The notes under the pieces: model-generated
The model's database searches: none
Told to the model about the DNA's origin: nothing
The model's input: only the letters and a program-made list of their open reading frames with translations
Shown: one piece after another, positions 1-8,005 of the stretch
Numbering within the stretch: the stretch's first letter is position 1
Layout of the letters: each line of letters opens with the position of its first letter
Translations under genes and position numbers: made by a program
Assembly: GCA_051531975.1 (NCBI GenBank)
Contig: JAOPTT010000014.1
Span: 1-64,000, forward strand
Origin: Spirochaetaceae bacterium
GTDB lineage: Bacteria > Spirochaetota > Spirochaetia > DSM-2461
Reading direction: 5' to 3'
DNA: 64,000 nt

Positions 1-358
1 CGTTGAAAATAGTTCACTAGCGAAGTATCATGAATATATAGAGAAGGCAGTCGAACTAATCAAAGAAGCACTACCGGATGAGATAAAAAGCTTTGTATTG
101 TGGTTTAATAGCAAATTGGGCGAAAAAGATATTGCTTTGAGTGATAAACAATTAGAGTAGATAAAAGAACCTAAGGAGGTTATGTCTATGTTTTCAACAG
201 TTTTAGATCAGATAGAAGAGCAGGGAATGCAAAAGGGATTACAGAAAACCGCATTAAACATGATAAAGCTTGGTTCTGATTTAGCTTTTGTAGCTAAAGT
301 CACAGGATTTACTGAAGAAGAGTTAAAAAAGATGGCTAAGGCTGATTTGACCGACTGA
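1..358 (+). pseudogene. 3' part of Rpn-family (PD-(D/E)XK recombination-promoting nuclease/putative transposase) gene with in-frame TAG
   Basis: Frame 2 reads VENSSLAKYHEY...KQLE*(TAG 158-160)IKEPKEVMSMFSTVLDQIEEQGMQKGLQKTALNMIKLGSDLAFVAKVTGFTEEELKK*. The tail resembles the Rpn C-terminal 'EEG.EKG...A.NM...G......AKVTG.T.EEI' pattern. 5' part lies outside the window. Confidence 0.7.
188..358 (+). CDS. Small C-terminal Rpn protein (RpnS-like, 56 aa) from internal start
   Basis: Strong RBS AAGGAGG at 173-179, ATG 188 eight nt downstream, open to TGA 356-358. Confidence 0.55.
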   Translation: MFSTVLDQIEEQGMQKGLQKTALNMIKLGSDLAFVAKVTGFTEEELKKMAKADLTD

Positions 359-467
359 CATTTTATAGTGGTTTTCAATTCTTTTTTAGATATTTTTACT
401 GGCTCCTGATTATGAGTTCAAAGTACTTCATGATTATCTATTATTGTACCATCCACCATTGCATTTT

Positions 468-1670
468 TTATTGTAATTCCTGAATAGCGCTTCTTAAACC
501 CTCTTCTCGTATAATCTCTACATATCTACGGACTTTCTGGGGGTTGTTATGTATTGTATAAACATCCCGTTGGGCAAATTCCAGCTGGCATCCTTTTGCG
601 GCTTCCACAGTTTTTTTAATATGTTCCCTAAATGTGTTCTCATTCAGTTCCTCATCAACCCGCAGAAAATTAGGGCTTGGTTTTCTATGGTATATAACCT
701 TTTTACCCCTTAGTTTATTACCCATATAGATTTCATCACACCATGGAGAAATGGATACATTTCTGAGGTTTTCCAGTGTAGAAAGGTACTCATCCCATAT
801 TTCATGGGTCGGTTCACAACAGCCGTATGATAGCAGTCCAAATTCCTTGGAAATTCTTTCATAACAAGGGAATATAAACTCACCAAACATGTCTGGGGAG
901 ATACCAACAGTCTCCTGGGAATCCATGTACCCCCAAAGATCAAGGGAATTAAACTCTTCTTTGTCCGTTGGTAACTCCTGGTTAAAACAGAAAGATCCCT
1001 GGCCAAGATGCTGGTTTGAAGTAGTGGATAGCAGTAGATTCTCTTCCTCTAGGAACCTGAAAAACCTTATATAATCATCTGCAATTCTTTCCATAAGCTC
1101 TTTAAACAGTTCAGGAGTGTCGTACATAGCCATAAACATATTCTCCATACCCATTAAATGAACCAATTCCTGGGTTGGGACGGCTCCTAAACATCCTCCG
1201 GTAAAATTAACAGGAATTATATCACCTAGTATATCTTCAACTTCCTTCAGGTATTTAAGTGTTCTATCCCTATCAACCCCAAAAGTTGATTCCTTTAAAT
1301 TTGGCATATCTTTAGACAGGTCTGAAATAACATGGTTGAACTGATGCCCAAGGTTACTTCAATCTGAATTTATAGCATGGGTTCTTTTTATCTCAATATC
1401 AAACAGATGAAACCAGGTCTGCCAGTTTATAGGGAAATAGTCAGGAACAACCCTGTCATCTTCAAACAGTTCATAGTTTAAAATCTGTTTATATATATCT
1501 GTCTCTATCCTCTTTCCAAGTTCCGATTCACATTTTAATCTCTGGGGAATAAGCTCATGTTTAAATGTTTCAAGTTCTACATGAATCATAGGTCTTCCTT
1601 TCTCAAACCTCCGGTGTCTAAACCACTCTTTTTCATTATTTTTATTACGTTCAGAACAGTTATTAATCTT
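468..1670 (-). pseudogene. Uroporphyrinogen-decarboxylase/CIMS-like TIM-barrel protein, split by in-frame TGA and lacking a 5' start
   Basis: ORFs 1359-1589 and 468-1307 share a frame, separated by TGA (1359-1361) and read ...AINSD*SNLGHQFNH...KDMPNL. Motifs SQETVG.SP.MF.EF, YGCCEP and SISPW. Frame is open upstream (EWFRH...GRPMIH) to a TAG at 1671-1673 with no further start codon. Confidence 0.75.
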
Positions 1671-1705
1671 CTATATAGATATGCTCTGTAGTTACCCCAT
1701 GAATT

Positions 1706-2500
1706 TTAAAGAGAATTGATATGCAGGGCCCCATCAACATGTATTACAGATCCTGTTGCATATGAGAAATCACCACTTACTAGATTAGTAACTGCTTTCC
1801 CAAGATCTTCCGGTTGTCCCCATCTTTTCTGAGGAACAAGTCCACCTTCTATAAGTTTGTCATATTTACCTTTTACAGCTCCTGTCATATCTGTTTGAAT
1901 AATTCCTGGTCTTAGCTCGTATACACCAATGTTTTCAGCTGCTAATCTTGTTGCAAACAGTTTTGATGTCATAGATAGAGCAGATTTAGCAATACAGTAC
2001 TCACCTCTATTTATTGATACCATTTCTGAGGAGACAGAGGTTATAAATATAAGGCTTCTAAACCCTCTTTTTTCATTGGATAGGTTTAACCAATAGTTGG
2101 AAACCAACTGACTAAGAAAAAAGGCACCTTTAAGGTTTGTATCTAATAACCTGTCAAAAGAATCCTCCCCCATTTCTAGCAGATCAATTCTCTCTTTAGG
2201 AGCAATTCCCGCATTATTTACAAGACCGTGAATATCTCCAAAATGAATTAAAACATTATCAATTAGATTTTTTCTGCTATCTGCTAAACTTATATCACCC
2301 TGAAATATTTGAAACCTTCCACTCTGTCCTGATTTAGCAGACTCTTCTATACAGAGGATCTTAGTCTCCTCAGCGGCCTGTTCATTGCCTACATAATTAA
2401 TGGCTAGACTGTAACCTTTTTTAGCCAGTTCAATGGCAATACCTCGGCCGATACCCCGGCTAGAACCTGTAACTATTATGACCTTTTCATCTTTTTCCAT
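1706..2500 (-). CDS. SDR family oxidoreductase (3-ketoacyl-ACP-reductase-like)
   Basis: TGSSRGIG, NNAG, YCIAK catalytic motif, RPGIIQTDMT; RBS AGGAG upstream. Confidence 0.92.
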   Translation of the reverse strand: MEKDEKVIIVTGSSRGIGRGIAIELAKKGYSLAINYVGNEQAAEETKILCIEESAKSGQSGRFQIFQGDISLADSRKNLIDNVLIHFGDIHGLVNNAGIAPKERIDLLEMGEDSFDRLLDTNLKGAFFLSQLVSNYWLNLSNEKRGFRSLIFITSVSSEMVSINRGEYCIAKSALSMTSKLFATRLAAENIGVYELRPGIIQTDMTGAVKGKYDKLIEGGLVPQKRWGQPEDLGKAVTNLVSGDFSYATGSVIHVDGALHINSL

Positions 2501-2532
2501 TATACTACTCCTGACTATATTTTACATAATAT

Positions 2533-2545
2533 AGTTGCGTGCAAC
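2533..2545. promoter_or_regulatory. Putative LacI operator AGTTGCGTGCAAC
   Basis: GTTGC-GT-GCAAC inverted repeat between divergent SDR and LacI; near-identical copy at 6971-6983. Confidence 0.6.
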
Positions 2546-2611
2546 AAATATCAATTGCAAATATCAATTTTAAAATGTATTCTTTTAATAAGTATAATTA
2601 TGGGAGAAAAC

Positions 2612-3619
2612 ATGGGTAAACGTATAACAGTATATGATATAGCGTCTGAACTAAACATCTCTCCTAGTACTGTTTCCCGAGTTCTAAATAATTCGAATCT
2701 CATAAGTAGCGAGAGATCAAAGCAGATCAAAGAAACTGCTACTAGGCTTGGCTACAAGAAGAGGTCAATAAAAAAACAGATTAGCAGAGCCATATTAAAT
2801 ATATATATTTTTTTACCGGAAACAGATAATAACCTTACTCATTTTTTCTACAATATTTCAGAGTTAATGGATGCTGTTCAAACTGGATTTGGAGATGTTA
2901 AACTTAACTGTATAACTAGGGTTAATGATGGAAATATTGATTTCTTAGATAATAAAAAGACTGGGCAAATAGATGGATGTATTTTTGCTTTTACCCAACC
3001 GTCAGATCTATTGGCAAAAAAGTGCGAAGAGAGGTTTATTCCATTTATATCCCTTAATAGATTAACAGAGAAAGGAAGTTATATTATCTATGATATAGCT
3101 CAAGGAATAACTCTTTTGGCTGAGAAAATGGTTAAGTCCAAAGGTAAAAAACTGAGGCCATGTTTTATTGGTTTTACAAAACTACCTAGGATATCAAAAG
3201 ATCGTTTTAACGCCGCAAAAAATATTTTTGATAAATATAATATACACTTTGATGAAGACTGCTATTTAGAAATTGATGATTTTAAATATATAAACTCTAC
3301 TGGTCTAGATTGGATTCAGGAGGGTAATTTTAATGGAATTATGGCATTTAATGACCTTGCGGCACTATCTGTATTACAAAGCGGTATGGGCAGAGGATTA
3401 AACTTCCCATCTGATTTAATGTTATCTGGTTTTGATGATTCTCAAATACAGCAACTTCTTGACCGTAGAATAGATACTATTGCGCTATCTATACCAAAAC
3501 TTGGTCAAATGGCAGGTTCCTGGTTAAAGAGTTGGGTTATAGACCGGAAAGAGGTTCAATTACAGGAAAAATTATCTGTAGAGTACATTCCCGGAGATAC
3601 AATACACATTAAAGATTAA
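2612..3619 (+). CDS. LacI family transcriptional regulator
   Basis: ITVYDIASELNISPSTVSRVLN HTH, AFNDLAA, GFDD; start moved to ATG 2612 (RBS GGAGA). Confidence 0.92.
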   Translation: MGKRITVYDIASELNISPSTVSRVLNNSNLISSERSKQIKETATRLGYKKRSIKKQISRAILNIYIFLPETDNNLTHFFYNISELMDAVQTGFGDVKLNCITRVNDGNIDFLDNKKTGQIDGCIFAFTQPSDLLAKKCEERFIPFISLNRLTEKGSYIIYDIAQGITLLAEKMVKSKGKKLRPCFIGFTKLPRISKDRFNAAKNIFDKYNIHFDEDCYLEIDDFKYINSTGLDWIQEGNFNGIMAFNDLAALSVLQSGMGRGLNFPSDLMLSGFDDSQIQQLLDRRIDTIALSIPKLGQMAGSWLKSWVIDRKEVQLQEKLSVEYIPGDTIHIKD

Positions 3620-5573
3620 AAACTGATTTATCTAAATATTCCGCCCAAACTGTTTCAAACCAATATTCATCCTTTGGAATTCCCCGACACTGTTCCCATT
3701 TAAAATCTAAGACATCCGGTTTATTATTATTCCAGCTGATATACTGCATTTGGTTTTTTAATTTGGGATTTGCTTTTAGAGCCTTCCACTCATCAGTAAG
3801 TTCGTGATGTAGAGAATCTCCATCCTTCGATTTAATAAGGTATGATCCACGACTTCCACCATCTTTATCAATATAATTCCTAATAGCTTCAAGGTAAAAC
3901 CAATGAGCAAGTGAAAGATGTCTCATTTTTAGTACATGGGATATCCTATTAATATTAACTCTTAGTTTACTGAATCTATTTATCTGAAGGAATGCATCGT
4001 GACAGCTTTGTTTAATACTTTGTGGATCTCGTATAAATGCACCATCCCTACTCATTCTATTTTGATATTCTGCTCTGAATATTGCTATACAATCTGATTC
4101 TTCAGGTTCTGAACACAGTTTATTTATTAAGGTATAAACCGTGTTAAAAGCTTTTTTTGCACTAACTCTGGCTTCTGACCTATTCAAAGTAGGCTCTCGA
4201 TAAACCGATGCAATTTTCTGGCTGGCTCTAAAGGCTCCAACCTGTCCAGAATTAAGAGCTGTTCCACCAGGTCTATAAATACCATGGGAACCATTAACTT
4301 CACCGATAGGAAAAAAGTGTGGGATATTTGTAGATTCCCACCAAATGTCCCCTGCTAGACCTCCGTTATTATGCTGGGAGCAGACTGCAATTTGTAGTGG
4401 TTCATTATATAGATCTATATTATGATCAAGGTAGAGGGTAATAGCTTCCGGATTCAATTCTTCCAGTCTTTTTATTGGAGTGTTGGCAGAAAGTCCGGAT
4501 TTTTTCCAGTACTCTAACGTCTCACTATCAAGGTTTGAAGGTAAAAAATATCCTATATCTTCATTTCCCTTCAGATTATCTCGAAAATCCATAAATACTT
4601 CTCGATTAAGAACTTCACTCTCTCTATAAATTAGTAGATCTACAAGTGAAGATCCACTGTTTTTTATTTTATCTGGATCAAAAGGCCACTGATACCCCTT
4701 TAGAAATATGCTCCGAGAAAGATCTTTAATAGAATCAAAATAATCTTCTAAAAATTGGAATGTCTCTCCAGTTTTTGGGTCTCTACTAAAGTAGTTTGGT
4801 ATAACCTGCTGGTAACTCCCTGATAGATTCCATCTAAACTTTACAGATCCTATTCCATATTGAGACTCTGTAAGATTAACAACTTCAGCCCCAATCTCAA
4901 GTGCCAGCCCTATTCCTCCGGTGTGTGCTGTTGGATATACTGATGTTTGGTACATTCCCCCAGGACCACCAAGACCAAAAATCATATTCTCACATAGAAT
5001 AGTTTTAAGCCCATAATTTGATGAATTGATACTTTTTTTATCAAGAACAACAGCTCCAGCTATTCTATTCCCTGCTTTTATCAGTCTTACACAGTCATGT
5101 CTATCCAGAATAGGTATATTAAGTAACCTACACTCCTTTTCCAAATACTCAACCATAACTTTTGAGGTATATGGCCCTAAAGAAGTTCCCCGGTTATTTG
5201 GATCATGGTCAGTTTTATATCCTGTATAACCTCCTTTATTATTGTAAGGGAATGGAACCCCAAGTCCTACAAGATGGTAAAATCCATTTTCTGATGTAAG
5301 AGATTCAACAAGAGCTATATCACCGTGAACAGCCCCTCCCTGGAAAAGTGCTTCGGCCATTTTATATGGAGAGTCAGGAGTTCCCGAGGAGTCAGATAGC
5401 TTATAATAAGTCTGCTTATCAGAACCTGTATTTCTTGATGTTCCACCATTTATATCATCTGTAATTATACAAAGATCATCCTGGCCTGCTCTTTTTAATC
5501 TAATTGCTGCTGCAAGGGATGCTGCTCCACTTCCTAATATAATTGTATTATAATAACTTTCGGGAACATTCAC
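3609..5573 (-). CDS. FAD-binding protein, succinate dehydrogenase/fumarate reductase flavoprotein-like
   Basis: N-terminal ILGSGAASLAAA, QHNNGGL, GEVNGSHG.YRPGG.ALNSGQVG; GTG start overlaps upstream TAG. Confidence 0.85.
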   Translation of the reverse strand: MNVPESYYNTIILGSGAASLAAAIRLKRAGQDDLCIITDDINGGTSRNTGSDKQTYYKLSDSSGTPDSPYKMAEALFQGGAVHGDIALVESLTSENGFYHLVGLGVPFPYNNKGGYTGYKTDHDPNNRGTSLGPYTSKVMVEYLEKECRLLNIPILDRHDCVRLIKAGNRIAGAVVLDKKSINSSNYGLKTILCENMIFGLGGPGGMYQTSVYPTAHTGGIGLALEIGAEVVNLTESQYGIGSVKFRWNLSGSYQQVIPNYFSRDPKTGETFQFLEDYFDSIKDLSRSIFLKGYQWPFDPDKIKNSGSSLVDLLIYRESEVLNREVFMDFRDNLKGNEDIGYFLPSNLDSETLEYWKKSGLSANTPIKRLEELNPEAITLYLDHNIDLYNEPLQIAVCSQHNNGGLAGDIWWESTNIPHFFPIGEVNGSHGIYRPGGTALNSGQVGAFRASQKIASVYREPTLNRSEARVSAKKAFNTVYTLINKLCSEPEESDCIAIFRAEYQNRMSRDGAFIRDPQSIKQSCHDAFLQINRFSKLRVNINRISHVLKMRHLSLAHWFYLEAIRNYIDKDGGSRGSYLIKSKDGDSLHHELTDEWKALKANPKLKNQMQYISWNNNKPDVLDFKWEQCRGIPKDEYWFETVWAEYLDKSVFNL

Positions 5574-6943
5574 TATTTTAGCCCCTTTGCTTTTGCTGCT
5601 TCTCGACCTTTTTTAAGTTCAGGTCTATATATTTCACTATCCTTTATAGGGCAGCCATTACAGCCTAAAACATCCTTCATTATCTGGGAACATAGAGAAC
5701 ATGTTATGCAACATTTATTAGGAACCATAGAACCTGTTTTTAATATATCAGCAACAGAGTCAGGATAGGCAAAACTACCTCTACCCTGCCCTATTAATTT
5801 TATCCAACCCTGTTCTACAAGACCTGCTGCGACTGTTGGTAGGTGGTGCCGTATCCAACCAAGTGCCGCTGTTACGACTGGAACATCCCCTAAAGCGTGT
5901 TGAAGTTTTCTTCCAATTTCCTGAAATCGTACAACTCCTTCAAGAGGGTGTTCAGGTGGCATAGATCCTCCTGAAATAGGGACATTAAATGGTCTGTTCA
6001 TATAAGGTTTTGATCTTGGGTATCCAATAGAGAAGTTAAATAGAGGCATTTCTCCAATCTCCACCAACTCCTTTGCAAATTTAAGCGGTTCGGTAAGATC
6101 TGGTTCTGTGGAGCCTAACTCCTGTTTAACACCCCACCCGTATGGGTAAGGTGAAGGTTCAAGCATTGTTAACCTGGCGGTTACAAAGTGGTTTTCACCG
6201 ATTATATTTTTAAGACCTATTGTGCATTCTCTTACAAACCGTGTTCTATTTTCATAACTACCACCATATTTTCCTTCCCTTGTATGGGCACACAGTAGTT
6301 CCCCTGTAAGGTAACCATGAACAGCCTTCATTTCTATACCGTCAAATCCAGCTTTTGTTGCCAATAATCCATTATTAATAAAAAGCTGTTTCAAGCGATC
6401 AAGCTCTTCGTCTGATACAATTGGGTAGCTTTGATCAACATTTACATTTTTATCAAGTTCAGGATTATGATGTACTAAAATAGGTTTTAGGTTCCCATCA
6501 GGTTTACTCCATCTACCTGAATGGGAAATTTGTAATACTGTTATTATTTCATGTCCCCAAACTTTTCTGGCTTCCTGCCTAGTCTCATCAATAAGTTGTT
6601 TCCATATATCTAAATTTTCTTCAGTTATCATTAGTTGCTTTGCATTGCTTTTTCCTTCAGGTTCAATTACTGCAGCTTCAAACCATATAAGACCAGCACC
6701 TCCATGTGCATATCTTTTGTAGCGCCTAAAAGTAAGTTCTGAGGGAGCGGAAGTATCAGTGTCTGCATCAATTCCCTCCATTGGCTGAACTACAAATCTA
6801 TTAGGAAGTGACCATTTTCCTAGATCTAGTTTATCTCCTAATATCGATATATTTTCACTAAAAGGCAGGTTCAGACCTAATGAATCTAATTCACTTTTTA
6901 GCTCAAGGGTTGAGTTTAAATTGAATTTCTTAAAAACTGACAT
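5573..6943 (-). CDS. NADH:flavin oxidoreductase (OYE family) with C-terminal Fe-S cysteine cluster
   Basis: NRFVVQPME, GFDGIEMKAVHGYL, YGGSYENRTRF, CITCSLC...C; start moved to ATG 6943 (RBS GGAG). Confidence 0.9.
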   Translation of the reverse strand: MSVFKKFNLNSTLELKSELDSLGLNLPFSENISILGDKLDLGKWSLPNRFVVQPMEGIDADTDTSAPSELTFRRYKRYAHGGAGLIWFEAAVIEPEGKSNAKQLMITEENLDIWKQLIDETRQEARKVWGHEIITVLQISHSGRWSKPDGNLKPILVHHNPELDKNVNVDQSYPIVSDEELDRLKQLFINNGLLATKAGFDGIEMKAVHGYLTGELLCAHTREGKYGGSYENRTRFVRECTIGLKNIIGENHFVTARLTMLEPSPYPYGWGVKQELGSTEPDLTEPLKFAKELVEIGEMPLFNFSIGYPRSKPYMNRPFNVPISGGSMPPEHPLEGVVRFQEIGRKLQHALGDVPVVTAALGWIRHHLPTVAAGLVEQGWIKLIGQGRGSFAYPDSVADILKTGSMVPNKCCITCSLCSQIMKDVLGCNGCPIKDSEIYRPELKKGREAAKAKGLK

Positions 6944-6970
6944 ATTTACTCCGATACAGATGCTGTAATT

Positions 6971-6983
6971 AGTTGCATGCAAT
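6971..6983. promoter_or_regulatory. Putative LacI operator AGTTGCATGCAAT
   Basis: Perfect palindrome TTGCATGCAA about 30 bp upstream of OYE start; matches 2533-2545. Confidence 0.6.
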
Positions 6984-7064
6984 ATTATTATTGATCTAGA
7001 ATTGTATATTGTCAATTGCAGTTTAAGGAAATAATAAGAAAATAGATTTGTGTCTACTACCGTA

Positions 7065-7892
7065 TTAGGAACGTCCCCTACTATATCTATACCTGTACTC
7101 AACAGGAGATAATCCCGTCTGCTTTTTAAAAAACCGGGAAAAATAATATTCATCATTAAACTCTAAATCCATAGCAATCTCTTTAGATTTTTTATCAGAA
7201 TAGATAAGTCTCCTAGATGCCTCTTTAACTAACTCTTGATTCAAATGCTGTTTAATAGATAGACCTAAGTCTCTAGAAAAGTTTCTCGAGAATGTATCAA
7301 CCGATAATCCGGCTATATTTGCCATCTTAGAAATTGATATTCCAGCTTTAATATTATCTCTTATCCAGTTAAAAACCAGACTATATTTATCCCCAATATT
7401 TTTCATAGACTTTATTTCATCAGTTGTTTTCCTAATAAAAAGTCCGGTAAGCAATAGTATATTAGCCCGGAGATTCACAATCTTCTTAATAGAATCAGAA
7501 CAACCTAAATCCTGCCAAATAGTATCACCAGTTTTAGAGCTATCTTCTAATGATAACATCTGTGTTTCATTGGTAAATAAATCAAGGCCGGAGAATAACT
7601 CTAAACTGAAATGTATACCAATCAGTTTCAATTCTTTATAAAAAGCATATTCAAGATCAAAATTTGATGGAATAAAATAAATATTCCCAGGTTTTAAAAA
7701 ATGTTTTTTCTTGTTTTCTAGTCTATGGCAAATATAGCTATTTTTACATTTGCATGTAGATGGGATAATAAAAAGTCTGTTATATGGGATCATATCATTA
7801 GAATGTAATAGATCATCAAAACTTCCATAATCACAATGAGTTATATTCAAATCAAGTAAATTATTATTAAGAAACCAATGATCAGTTTTCAT
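7065..7892 (-). CDS. AraC family transcriptional regulator
   Basis: C-terminal double HTH (IAMDLEFNDEYYFSRFFKKQTGLSPVEYR); divergent from GH116. Confidence 0.93.
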   Translation of the reverse strand: MKTDHWFLNNNLLDLNITHCDYGSFDDLLHSNDMIPYNRLFIIPSTCKCKNSYICHRLENKKKHFLKPGNIYFIPSNFDLEYAFYKELKLIGIHFSLELFSGLDLFTNETQMLSLEDSSKTGDTIWQDLGCSDSIKKIVNLRANILLLTGLFIRKTTDEIKSMKNIGDKYSLVFNWIRDNIKAGISISKMANIAGLSVDTFSRNFSRDLGLSIKQHLNQELVKEASRRLIYSDKKSKEIAMDLEFNDEYYFSRFFKKQTGLSPVEYRYRYSRGRS

Positions 7893-8005
7893 AATCTCTC
7901 CCTGTCAAATCCCTAAAAAGTGCAAGAAAATAGCCTTTATAGTCCATTGTGACCCTGATATATCTATTTTATACTTATTTTAAGAATAAGTGAAGGAGAA
8001 TATTT

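Noticed and set aside
1359..1361. In-frame TGA as selenocysteine
   Set aside because: Not in a Cys-type motif, no evident SECIS hairpin, and the gene also lacks its 5' end
3609..5573. Calling the flavoprotein sdhA/frdA/nadB
   Set aside because: No Fe-S or membrane subunits or nad genes nearby; only family-level motifs
6944..7156. N-terminal extension of the 527-aa OYE ORF
   Set aside because: Overlaps the AraC 3' end and the operator; RBS supports ATG 6943
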